From Chloroflexota bacterium (GTDB lineage: Bacteria; Chloroflexota; UBA11872; VXNJ01): 64,000 nucleotides of DNA. The stretch covers positions 153,861 to 217,860 of the forward strand of contig CBDBBM010000018.1 in assembly GCA_965203015.1 (NCBI GenBank). Reading direction: 5' to 3'. Positions 50,641-59,280 of the stretch are shown one piece after another. The notes under the pieces were generated by a model. That model saw only the letters and a program-made list of their open reading frames with translations. It was not told the origin of the DNA and did no database searches. A program made the position numbers and the translations under genes. How positions within the stretch are numbered: the first letter of the stretch is position 1; each line of letters opens with the position of its first letter.

Positions 50641-53600
50641 CTAACCCACAACCCCCACCGTCACCGTCACCACCGCCTCCCCGCCGCTCCCGTCGACCGC
50701 CTTCACGGTAAGCGCGTACGGGGCCCCCGCCCCGGCGCCCAGCGCCCCCGCCAGGGTGATCCGCCCGCTTTCCGCCCCGATCGCGAACCGGCCCGCCCGG
50801 TCGCCGGCCGTGATCGAGTAGCTCACCGAGTCCCCGGGGTCGGGATCCCGGGCCGCGACCGTCCCCACCAGGACCCCGGCCGCCGCGTCCCTTGCCACCG
50901 TGAAGGCATAGGATTCGGCCCCGAACCCGGGACCCCGGTTGCAGTAGGCAAGTCCCAGCGACCCCAGGTCGCTGTTGGGCACGTCCCCCAATCCGGCCGC
51001 CAGGCACCCCCCGAAGGAGTTGCCCGAGAGGAAAAGGTACTGCAGATCCAGCTCCCCCAGCGACCGCGGCAGCGGGCCCCCGAAGGAATTGCCCGACAGC
51101 CACAGCTCCTCAAGGTTCGAGAGGCCCCCCAGCCAGCGCGGCGCGTTCCCGCTGAAGGAGTTCCCGTTCAGGATCAGCTCGGTCAGTTCGGCGAGCGACC
51201 CCAGTCTGCCCGGCAGCGGCCCGCTCAGGGAGTTGCCATGCAGGTCCAGGGTCTGCAGCGCCGACAGCTCCCCCAGCTCGGAGGGTATCTCCCCCGAGAG
51301 CTCGTTCCCGTTCAGGTACAGGTGGGTGAGCCCGGACAGCCTCCCCAGCTCGGGCGGTATCTCCCCGGAGAGCTCGTTACCGTCCAGGTCCAGCCGCAGC
51401 AGCGCCGATAGCCCGCCCAGCTCGGAGGGTATCTCCCCGCTAAGGGAGTTGTCGGAAAGGAACAGGTTGCGCAGGTTCCCCAGCCTCCCCAGCTCGGAGG
51501 GTATCTCCCCGGTCAGCTCGTTCTCGTACAGGTCGATGCGGTCCAGCCCATCCAGCCAGCCAAGGTCGGCCGGCAGGGTGCCGTCCAGCCCCCGCTCGCC
51601 CAGCCGCAGGCCGACGACCCGCGGCGGCGACCCGGCGATCCTCAGCCCCGCCCAGGCGCTGAGCGCAACACCTGCGTCCCAGCCCAGATCGACCGTCCCC
51701 TGAAGCTCCTGCCTTATCCCGTAGTAGAGGACCTGGCAGTCGCCGACCAGCCCCGGCCGCGATCCCGGATCGGGCACCAGCACCCCGTTGCGGCAGACCG
51801 AGGACAGGGCGATCCTGACCACCGCCTGGCCCACCCCGCCGAGGCCGTCGTCGGCCGTAACGGTCAGCGCGCGCGAGGCCGCAGGATCCCGGTAGAGCGG
51901 ACCGGCCACCGTGAGCCGGCCGGTCCCCGGATCGAGCGCGAAGGCCCCGTCATCGTTGCCGGAGGCGATCGCATAGGAGACCCGGTCGCCCTCCGGATCA
52001 GTGGCCGCCACGGTCCCCAGCAGGGTGCCCTTAGCAGCGCCCGCCGAAGCCGTGAGCGAGTAACCGCCGGCGGGAAACGCCGGCGACCCCGAGCAGCCCG
52101 CCCAGGCCGGGCCCGCGACCTCCGCCCAGGCCCCCGGACGCGGATCGTAGCGCTCGCCCCTGCCGTATGCGGCCACCCGGAACCGGTGGGCAATGCCGCA
52201 CTCCAGCCCGGCGACGGCGTGGGATGCCCCCGCAACCCTCTCTCCCGGCGCCGACCACTCCCCACCCGGGCCGGCGCGGTGCTGGATGAGGTAACCCGAG
52301 GCCCCGCTCACACCCCGCCAGGACAGCCGGTAGCCGCCCGGCCCGTCGGCGGTTGCGGCAAGGCCCCCCGGCGCCGCCGCCTGCGGCAGGGACCCCCGCA
52401 CCCGCAGCATCAGCTCATCGCCGTCCCGCCAGGGCCTGTCGGCAACCGCCCAGGCAAGGGCCTCCCCGTCGACTGTCGCATCGCCCGCCGCCAGGGTCAG
52501 GATCACCCTGCCGTCCGGGGCGACAAAGTCCAGGAGCTGCCCCGACAGCGCACCGGCCGGCGAGACACCGGCCCGGACCTCCCCGTCCCGCCAGGCGATA
52601 TCGCGCAACGCCGCCGCCGCCCCGCCGGCGGACGTGAATGCGGCCGGGGAGGGTGCCCCGCCGACCGCCCCGCCGGAGAGCGCGGCCGGGTCGAAGAACG
52701 CCTCGTGCAGGACGCCGGCGGGAGAGGTCACCGTCACCGTCCAGCGGTGGGTGACATCGTCATTGCAGAGCCGGAGCATTCCATCGGTGGTGGCGTCCCT
52801 GATGTCGAACGCGTAGGTCCCGCCCGGCAGCGGGCGCAGGGTCCGCAGCGACTGGGTGTACTCGATCCAGTCGTCCTCGGCGCTGAGCACGCCGTCGCGG
52901 TTCAGGTCATAAGGCGTAGCCGGGCCGTCGACGATTTCGAACAGGGCCGCGTCGCCGCCTTCCAGCCAGGTGTCGTTCCATTTCCTGTCGGGGTAGTCGC
53001 CGAATTGATCATCCTCGAAAACGATCGAGCCGGCCGGCCGGCCGGAAACGATGCGGTGGGATGCGTAAATGGCCCGGATCGATGTCTCACGATCCTCTGA
53101 TTGAGCATGGAGATCATCTGATTCCAGAATGTACTTGTCGCTTACACAGTCCCAGTAATCCTCCGTACCGTCGCCGGCGGCCAGCTCGGCCTTCACCGCG
53201 GCGATCCGGTCCCGCAGCGCGCCCAGGGTGATCGTCCGCCCGCCGGGGGCCTGTTCCGCCGGGGCCCCGGGCATGGCCAGCAGGTACGCCCGCTCCTCGC
53301 CAGTCCCCGCACTTGCCTCGGCCGCCGGCAGCCAGCGCCTGATATGGCGACTGCCGATGCTCATGAAGTCGTCGTACGCGAAACCGTCGGCGGAACCGAT
53401 CTCGTAGGTGTTCGCCGCGCGGGCGCCTGCAAACAGCTCCCGGAAATCGCCGCCCAGGAAGAAGATCGCCTCGCGCCCGTCGTAGGAGGCGTCCCTGGAG
53501 TCGAGCAGCGGCTGCAGGGCCGCCCGGGCCGCCGCCTGCGAACCGTGCAGCTGGTCCGATCCCCATACCGCTACGATGCCGTCCGGGCCGGAGCCCTGTA

Positions 53601-53992
53601 GGTACTCGCCCACTTCAAGCTGGAAGCGGACCGTGTTGACGTACTTGCCGGCCGCGTCGCCTCCGGCCGCTATGGTCTGGCCGGAGACTCCGGTTAGGCG
53701 GGCGCGGACGATTACCGGGTACCTGTAGATCCGCACCTCGAGCGAACTCTCGCCAAAGTAAAGCGGCGGGGCGAAGCTCTCAACCGGAGGTGGAATCGGC
53801 ACGTCCAGCGCTATGGGCTCCGAAGCCGGTTTGTCCCGCGGCGTATCGTCAAGCTCCGACGCCGCTGGTGTGTTGTCGATCGCGGCCCGGTCCGACGACC
53901 CGCCTTCCCCCCGGGCCGGCGCAGGACAGCAGCGCCCCGGCCAGCAGCAGCGCCAGCAGCGTTGCTGTCCGCATTCTGAATCCATCGGTCAT
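50641..53992 (-). CDS. Large LRR plus cadherin-repeat surface lipoprotein; signal peptide out of frame at a G6 tract
   Basis: The track ORF 50641..53985 (1114 aa) has no signal peptide. ATG 53992 (ATGA overlap with the upstream stop) encodes MTDGFRMRTATLLALLLAGALLSC|AGPG in another frame. Removing one base of the plus-strand C6 run (53907-53912) fuses it to ...EGGSSDRAAIDN.... The body has a region of about 400 aa that I could not assign, FN3-like and cadherin-like repeats (VAATDPEGDRVSYAI...), about 9 plant-type LRRs, and a final cadherin repeat. Confidence 0.8.
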
Positions 53993-56900
53993 TGCAGGTC
54001 GTGCTTTCCGTGGCGGGCGTAGATCGCGTGCAGCTGGGCGATGTCCTGGTCCTGGCGGATGTGCCCGGCCTTCCAGGGAATGTTCATGATCGCGGTCACG
54101 CCGAGCAACCGGGCGTCCCAGTTGTTGCCGGTGATCACGTAGAAGTCGGGCAGGCCAAGGGTGTGGCCGAATTCGTGCAGGGCGATATAGGGGATGTAGA
54201 TGTAAATGCCTTTGGAGCGGTCCCGTTGGTCAACGCGTTTCCGATTCTTCGCCGGATTGTCGGTCCAAACGACCCGGTCTGAGTCGGTGCACGGATCGCT
54301 CGCCGACCGGCACATACTGCCCGGCGACTCGAAGATCATCACCATGTCGTGAAGGTGCTGCCCGCCGATTTCGTGGTGGGGTTCGCGGAGCGTAATGCCG
54401 GCGACGCAAGCATAGCTGTTGGCGCACGCGGACTGGAAGTCATCCGGGTCGACGGCGACCTCCTTGACCGTTACCGTCCCGCCGTCGGTATTCCGCCCGT
54501 CGCACTCGATGGCGTCGTCGTCGCAGATGAGCAGCCCGTGGTTCATCCTCAGGTTCCAGGCCCTGGAGGCGAGGTCCACGGCGTTGCCGATGTCGGTGCC
54601 GTCCACGGCGGCCGCGTCGTACAGGACGGTGTGGTCGGCCTGGTGGCCGTAAAGGTAGGAAGGGACCGCGCCCTGCACGTCCACGTGGGCGGGCCGGGAG
54701 AGGCCGGCGTCGTTCCCGGCGGTCACGCTCAACCGGTACCCGGTCGCGTCCAGTCCGGTGATCTGCACCGCCAGGCGCCCGGCGCTGGAAGATACCGAAG
54801 ATATCCGGACGTGCCCATCGGTGGGCGTGGTCTTGACCACGTACGAATCGGCCTCCGCCGAGTTATCCCAGGAGAGCTCGATCCCGCGGAAGCCGGTTGT
54901 GTACCAGGTCTTGAGGCCGGCGGGTGTCGGCGGGCGCTCGTCGACCACGGTCGTGGTCACCTCGCCGGAGGGCTCGGAGGTTCCCTGCACGCTTTCGGCC
55001 CGCACCCGGTGCCGGAACTCCCCGCCCGGGTCGAGCGGCCCGACCTCGGCCTGCCGCCGCCCGTCGGCCAGCGTGCTGACGGTCGCCGTCACGCCCCCGT
55101 GGGGCAGGGCCCGCCAGACCCCCTGGGGCTGGCCGGGATCGGGGAAATGCTGCTCGACCGTGTAGGCGGCGCCGGGATTGGCGACCGGGTCCCAGGTCAG
55201 GAAGAGCTTGCCGTACTCCCCGTCGCGGTACTCACCGGCAAGGTTCTGCGGCGCCGGCCGCAGGTCGACCTCGTAGGCGTCCGACAGTACCGAGCCCCGC
55301 CCGTTGAAGGCCCTGACCTTGAAGCCGTGCACCGCCTGGGCGTCCGGGTCCAGCCCCAGCACCACCGCGCTGGAGCCGGCAAAGTCAACGCTCACCTCCG
55401 AAGGGGGCTTCAGCTCCACGTAGTCGCCGTCCCGCAGCTGCAGCACCGCGTAGCCGGCGGCGTGCTCGGCATCGCCCCAGTCCAGGACGATCACCCCGCG
55501 CTGGGCGCCGGGAGCGCCGGAGGCGATCACCGGCTGGGCCGGCAGCAGCTGCCCGCGCACCGTGAACTCCACCGACGCCTCGGCCGAGAGCCTGCTGTCC
55601 GACACCGTCAATGTGAGCGTGTAGGCCTGGTCCTGATCCATCGCCAGCGGCGCGGTCCAGTCGGTGTCCTCGACCTCGTCGTCGGCGAACGACCCCTGCC
55701 CCGACCAGCGGTAGGAGAGCGAGTCGCTGTCGGGATCGGAGGCGGTGGCGGCAAGCGAGACCACCGCCCCGCCGGCAACGGTCGCCCCGTCGGTGTCTAT
55801 CGTCACCTGCGGGGGCCGGTTGGTCGGCTGCGTCGTCCGCCGCCGGACCGTGAACGTCACCGTGGCCGAGTCCGAACCCAGCCCGTCCGACACCGTCAGG
55901 GTCAGGGTGTAGGGCCTGTCGGCGGACCGCGCCGCCGGGGCGGTCCAGGTGGTGTCCTCGGCGCCGCTGTCGGCGAACGACCCCGAACCCGACCAGCTGT
56001 AGGTCAGCGAGTCCCCGTCCCCATCGGTGGCGCTGGCCGAAAGCGACACCCGGGCCCCGCCCGATACCCTCCGCCCGGCGGTGTCGATCGTCACCTGCGG
56101 AGGGACGTTGGCCCGCACCGTCATCTTCACCGTGTCAGTCACCGTATGGTGCCGATCCGACACCGTCAGGGTCAGGGTGTAGACGCTGTCCCGGTCCTGC
56201 TTGGCCGGCGCGGTCCAGGTGGTGTTGAGCGAACCGGTGTCGGCGAACGATCCCCGCCCCGACCAGGTGTAGGTCAGGGGATCGCTGTCCGGATCGGAGG
56301 CGGTGGCCTTCAGCGACACCTGGTCCCCGCCGTCAACGGTCTTGCCGGTCGTGCCGATCGTCACCTCCGGCGGGTCGTTGTTGGGAGTCGGCGTGGGCGT
56401 TGGCGTGGGAGTCGGGGAAGGGGTGGGTCCGGGGCCCACCCCGCGCACCGTGAACCTCGCCGAGTCGGATGCAGAATCGCTGCCGTCGGACACCCGCAGC
56501 CCGACCGAGTAGGTCCTGTCCCTGGCCAGGGCGGCAGGGGCGGTCCAGGTGGTGTTGAGCGAACTGGCGTCGGCGAACGTGCCCGAACCCGACCATTGGT
56601 AGGTCAGGGGATCGCTGTCCGGATCGGAGGCGGTGGCCTTCAGCGACACCTGCGCGCCGCCGGCGACGGTCGAATCGGCGGTGCCAATCGTTACGGTGGG
56701 TGCGCGGTTGACGACCCTAACCCTCTCCTCGTCATCGGCCACGACGCTGCCGTCACGCAAGAGCTCGGCCTTCACGGTGCCGCCCGGCACCGCACAGCTC
56801 CACAGCGTCAGCGAATGGCTGTAGCTGTAGGGGCTGAAGGAGCGGGAAGGCACCGTTACCGTGACCCGGCTGCCGCGGCAGTGCGAAAAACTCAGGCCGA

Positions 56901-57297
56901 TGCTGGTGCCCCCGGTGCTGCGGCTCACCCGCAGCTTGTAGGTGTGGCCCTGGCGCAGGTTGGTGCCGATGACCTTGAACGAGTCCGAGGTCTTCTTGTT
57001 CATCCTCGAGGCCAGGCCCGACAGGGCGACCCGCTCGGCGGTGGTCCCCTGGCCCGCGACCTGGCGCTGCAGCTCGCCTTCCGGCTGCTGCGATACGGTG
57101 CACTCCTCCGCGCCCCCGCCCTCGGGCTCGACGCAGACCTCCACGTCGACGGTGGCGGGCGGATCGGAAGCCTGCTCCTCCTGGGCCGCCAGCGGGACCG
57201 CCAGGAGCACCAGCAGGAGAATCGCCAACGTCCCCGCGAGCAGTCGCGCGGGGGTGATCGGCGGCGCGCCGCGGCGTAGCTTCACGTTCGCTCCCAT
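53989..57297 (-). CDS. Secreted multidomain metalloprotease: 4 PKD-like repeats, 3 FN3-like domains, C-terminal HExxHxxGxxD zinc protease
   Basis: Signal peptide LLAGTLAILLLVLLAVPLAAQE (ATG 57297). Four units of about 95 aa (VTIxT...SLxATASDPDSDxLTYxWSGxGSFAD...TWTAP...YTLTLTVSD...FTVR). HEFGHTLGLPDFY is encoded at 54139-54177. The plus-strand 976-aa ORF is an Arg/Gly/Pro-rich antisense shadow. Confidence 0.85.
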   Translation of the reverse strand: MGANVKLRRGAPPITPARLLAGTLAILLLVLLAVPLAAQEEQASDPPATVDVEVCVEPEGGGAEECTVSQQPEGELQRQVAGQGTTAERVALSGLASRMNKKTSDSFKVIGTNLRQGHTYKLRVSRSTGGTSIGLSFSHCRGSRVTVTVPSRSFSPYSYSHSLTLWSCAVPGGTVKAELLRDGSVVADDEERVRVVNRAPTVTIGTADSTVAGGAQVSLKATASDPDSDPLTYQWSGSGTFADASSLNTTWTAPAALARDRTYSVGLRVSDGSDSASDSARFTVRGVGPGPTPSPTPTPTPTPTPNNDPPEVTIGTTGKTVDGGDQVSLKATASDPDSDPLTYTWSGRGSFADTGSLNTTWTAPAKQDRDSVYTLTLTVSDRHHTVTDTVKMTVRANVPPQVTIDTAGRRVSGGARVSLSASATDGDGDSLTYSWSGSGSFADSGAEDTTWTAPAARSADRPYTLTLTVSDGLGSDSATVTFTVRRRTTQPTNRPPQVTIDTDGATVAGGAVVSLAATASDPDSDSLSYRWSGQGSFADDEVEDTDWTAPLAMDQDQAYTLTLTVSDSRLSAEASVEFTVRGQLLPAQPVIASGAPGAQRGVIVLDWGDAEHAAGYAVLQLRDGDYVELKPPSEVSVDFAGSSAVVLGLDPDAQAVHGFKVRAFNGRGSVLSDAYEVDLRPAPQNLAGEYRDGEYGKLFLTWDPVANPGAAYTVEQHFPDPGQPQGVWRALPHGGVTATVSTLADGRRQAEVGPLDPGGEFRHRVRAESVQGTSEPSGEVTTTVVDERPPTPAGLKTWYTTGFRGIELSWDNSAEADSYVVKTTPTDGHVRISSVSSSAGRLAVQITGLDATGYRLSVTAGNDAGLSRPAHVDVQGAVPSYLYGHQADHTVLYDAAAVDGTDIGNAVDLASRAWNLRMNHGLLICDDDAIECDGRNTDGGTVTVKEVAVDPDDFQSACANSYACVAGITLREPHHEIGGQHLHDMVMIFESPGSMCRSASDPCTDSDRVVWTDNPAKNRKRVDQRDRSKGIYIYIPYIALHEFGHTLGLPDFYVITGNNWDARLLGVTAIMNIPWKAGHIRQDQDIAQLHAIYARHGKHDLQ
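55560..56721. repeat. Four tandem coding repeats of about 290 bp (PKD-like domains) with long near-identical DNA stretches
   Basis: For example, gtaggtcaggggatcgctgtccggatcggaggcggtggccttcagcgacacc occurs at about 56270-56320 and again at about 56600-56650. Confidence 0.8.
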
Positions 57298-58010
57298 TTG
57301 GCGGTTGGGCCCGCCTGGGGCGAGCAAAACGCGAAAATGTTAGCACGAACGGCGCGGGTCTTGGACCCAAAAAGGCGGCACCGGTGCTACGGACCCGTCA
57401 CGGCCGTCCCGCGGCGGACACGGCGACCGGTTGCAGCCGGTGGAGGGCGAAAAGGTTGCAAGTGACTCCAGAGTCCATAGGCGTGCCCCTGTGAAGACAG
57501 CAATGGTGTGATCGCCAAAAAAAGCAATGGCAGGGACCGACAGGGCAAAGAATTGGTGATTCAAGCGGTCACGCATTCAGTTGGGAAGAGGTTCACAAAT
57601 TCTGAATCGGAAGTCCCTCGATTTGGATTCACCGTCCGCGAGTAGCAGCGTGAACCGCTCCTGCTACGCCAGCCTCCAAATTCGGCCCGCTCACGGAGTC
57701 TGCGCGCGCGGGCTCATCACCGTGACTTCGCTCGGGCGACTCATTTGCGGTCAATTCAGGATCGGTATGAATACGGACGCTATTTCCAGTTAGGGTCTGA
57801 TGCGAGACGAACTCGGTTTTTAGCGGAACGCCACCCTACGAGCTCCGGCAAAAAGGCAATTTTTGATCGACTGACTGCGCCTATGGCGCGATTGTTCGGG
57901 ACCGCACGAAGGTTGAATCCACACGGCGGCGAGCGCTGCACTGCAATAGTGCATCGAGGGTACCCAATATCATTGACAGGAAATCCGCTACGACCCGCGT
58001 CCTGGCCAAA

Positions 58011-58328
58011 TTGATGCTCTACGAACTGATCCGCGAACGCACCCGCCAGGGTGAGAGCGTGGCGATGGCAACGATCGTGGGCAGCCGCGGCTCGACGCCG
58101 CAGAAAGTCGGCGCGCGCATGCTGGTCTTCGAGTCGGGCGAAGGCGCCGGCACGGTCGGCGGCGGATGCGTCGAGGCAGGCATCTGGCAAGAGGCGGCGG
58201 CGGCACTGGCGGACGCGCGGCCGCGCCTGCTGCGCGTGGACCTTGTAGACGACCTGCGCGGTGAGGGCGATGTCTGCGGCGGCTCGGTGGACGTCTTCAT
58301 CGACTTATGGAATCCGGGAGCGAACTGA
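58011..58328 (+). CDS. XdhC/CoxI-family N-terminal-domain protein
   Basis: VAMATIVGSRGSTPQKVGARMLVFESGEGAGTVGGGCVEAG is the XdhC_CoxI signature. Confidence 0.8.
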   Translation: MMLYELIRERTRQGESVAMATIVGSRGSTPQKVGARMLVFESGEGAGTVGGGCVEAGIWQEAAAALADARPRLLRVDLVDDLRGEGDVCGGSVDVFIDLWNPGAN

Positions 58329-59161
58329 CCCAGGACCTCCTCGGGCGCCTGATAAGCGCCCGGCGGGAACGCCGTCGCGGCGTGCTTGCCAGCATCGTCC
58401 GCTCGCGGCTTCCCCGCTATCCGGCGGGTCGAAAGTGGCTGACCCTGGACGGCGAGCCGATCCCCAACCCGGGCGATGACCCGCTCGAAATGGCCATGCA
58501 TCGAGACTTGATCGCTGCCGGAGAGGCCAGCGAGCCGGTCAGCCACCCGTATTTGAGCGACGGCCAGCGGGCGCGCCGGCACCGCGATGCAGCGGTTGAG
58601 GTCTACTACGAGCCGCTCAGTCCACCCGACCGGCTGGTGATCGTCGGCGCCGGTCACGTCGCGGTCCCCATCTGCCAGATTGGTCAGGCGTCCGGCTTTG
58701 AAATCACCGTGATCGACGATCGTTCCGACTACGCCAACCGCGAGAGGTTCCCGCAGGCCGAGCAGGTCCTGGTCGGCGACATGGCAGATTGTCTGGCTTC
58801 GCTGAGCGTGGACGCATCGACCTACATAGTGCTGGTCACCCGCGCACACGCTTTCGACGAGCGAGCCCTGCGGAAGCTGGTTGGCTGCCCGGCCCCATAC
58901 ATCGGGATGATCGGTTCGCGCCGCAGGGTACTGATCGTGTACCGGAACCTGGTTGAGGGCGGGATTCCGGCCGACACCCTCGGCAACATCTACGCCCCGA
59001 TCGGGCTGGATATCGGCTCACGCACGCCGGAGGAGATTGGCCTGGCAGTCGTGGCCGAGATCGTGAACGTGAAGCGCGGCGGACCGGCGCCGTCGCTGCG
59101 CCTGAAGCGGTGGCAGCGATTCGTCGGGGGCGCGGCAGGGGCGTCGGCCGATCCCCGGTAG
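58307..59161 (+). CDS. XdhC-family molybdenum cofactor insertion chaperone (Rossmann C-domain)
   Basis: RLVIVGAGHVAVPICQIGQASGFEITVIDDR...YIVLVTRAHAFDERALR...YIGMIGSRRR...PIGLDIGSRTPEEIGLAVVAEIV. Confidence 0.85.
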   Translation: MESGSELTQDLLGRLISARRERRRGVLASIVRSRLPRYPAGRKWLTLDGEPIPNPGDDPLEMAMHRDLIAAGEASEPVSHPYLSDGQRARRHRDAAVEVYYEPLSPPDRLVIVGAGHVAVPICQIGQASGFEITVIDDRSDYANRERFPQAEQVLVGDMADCLASLSVDASTYIVLVTRAHAFDERALRKLVGCPAPYIGMIGSRRRVLIVYRNLVEGGIPADTLGNIYAPIGLDIGSRTPEEIGLAVVAEIVNVKRGGPAPSLRLKRWQRFVGGAAGASADPR

Positions 59162-59280
59162 AGTATCCGGCCGGACAGGAGCGCCGGCCATCAACCGATC
59201 GGGCCGCTTTTGCGCATTGACAGAGGGCCGGCCCCGGTGGCCGGGAATCGCCCGGCAGCACCGACTGAGGGTTTTATTGG

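Noticed and set aside
54349-57279. 976-aa plus-strand ORF, the longest plus-strand ORF in the region
   Set aside because: It is an Arg/Gly/Pro/Val-rich low-complexity translation with no motifs. The opposite strand encodes a signal peptide, PKD/FN3 repeats and an HEFGH zinc site. This is a typical antisense shadow ORF of a GC-rich gene.
57781-57860. Guanidine-I (ykkC)-like riboswitch, prompted by tagggt... and ...ccggcaaaaagg
   Set aside because: The conserved GGGUUCCG / GGUCCGAGAG / ACGGCGGGA blocks are not present. The downstream genes (xdhC) are not guanidine-related, and the orientation and distance are unconvincing.
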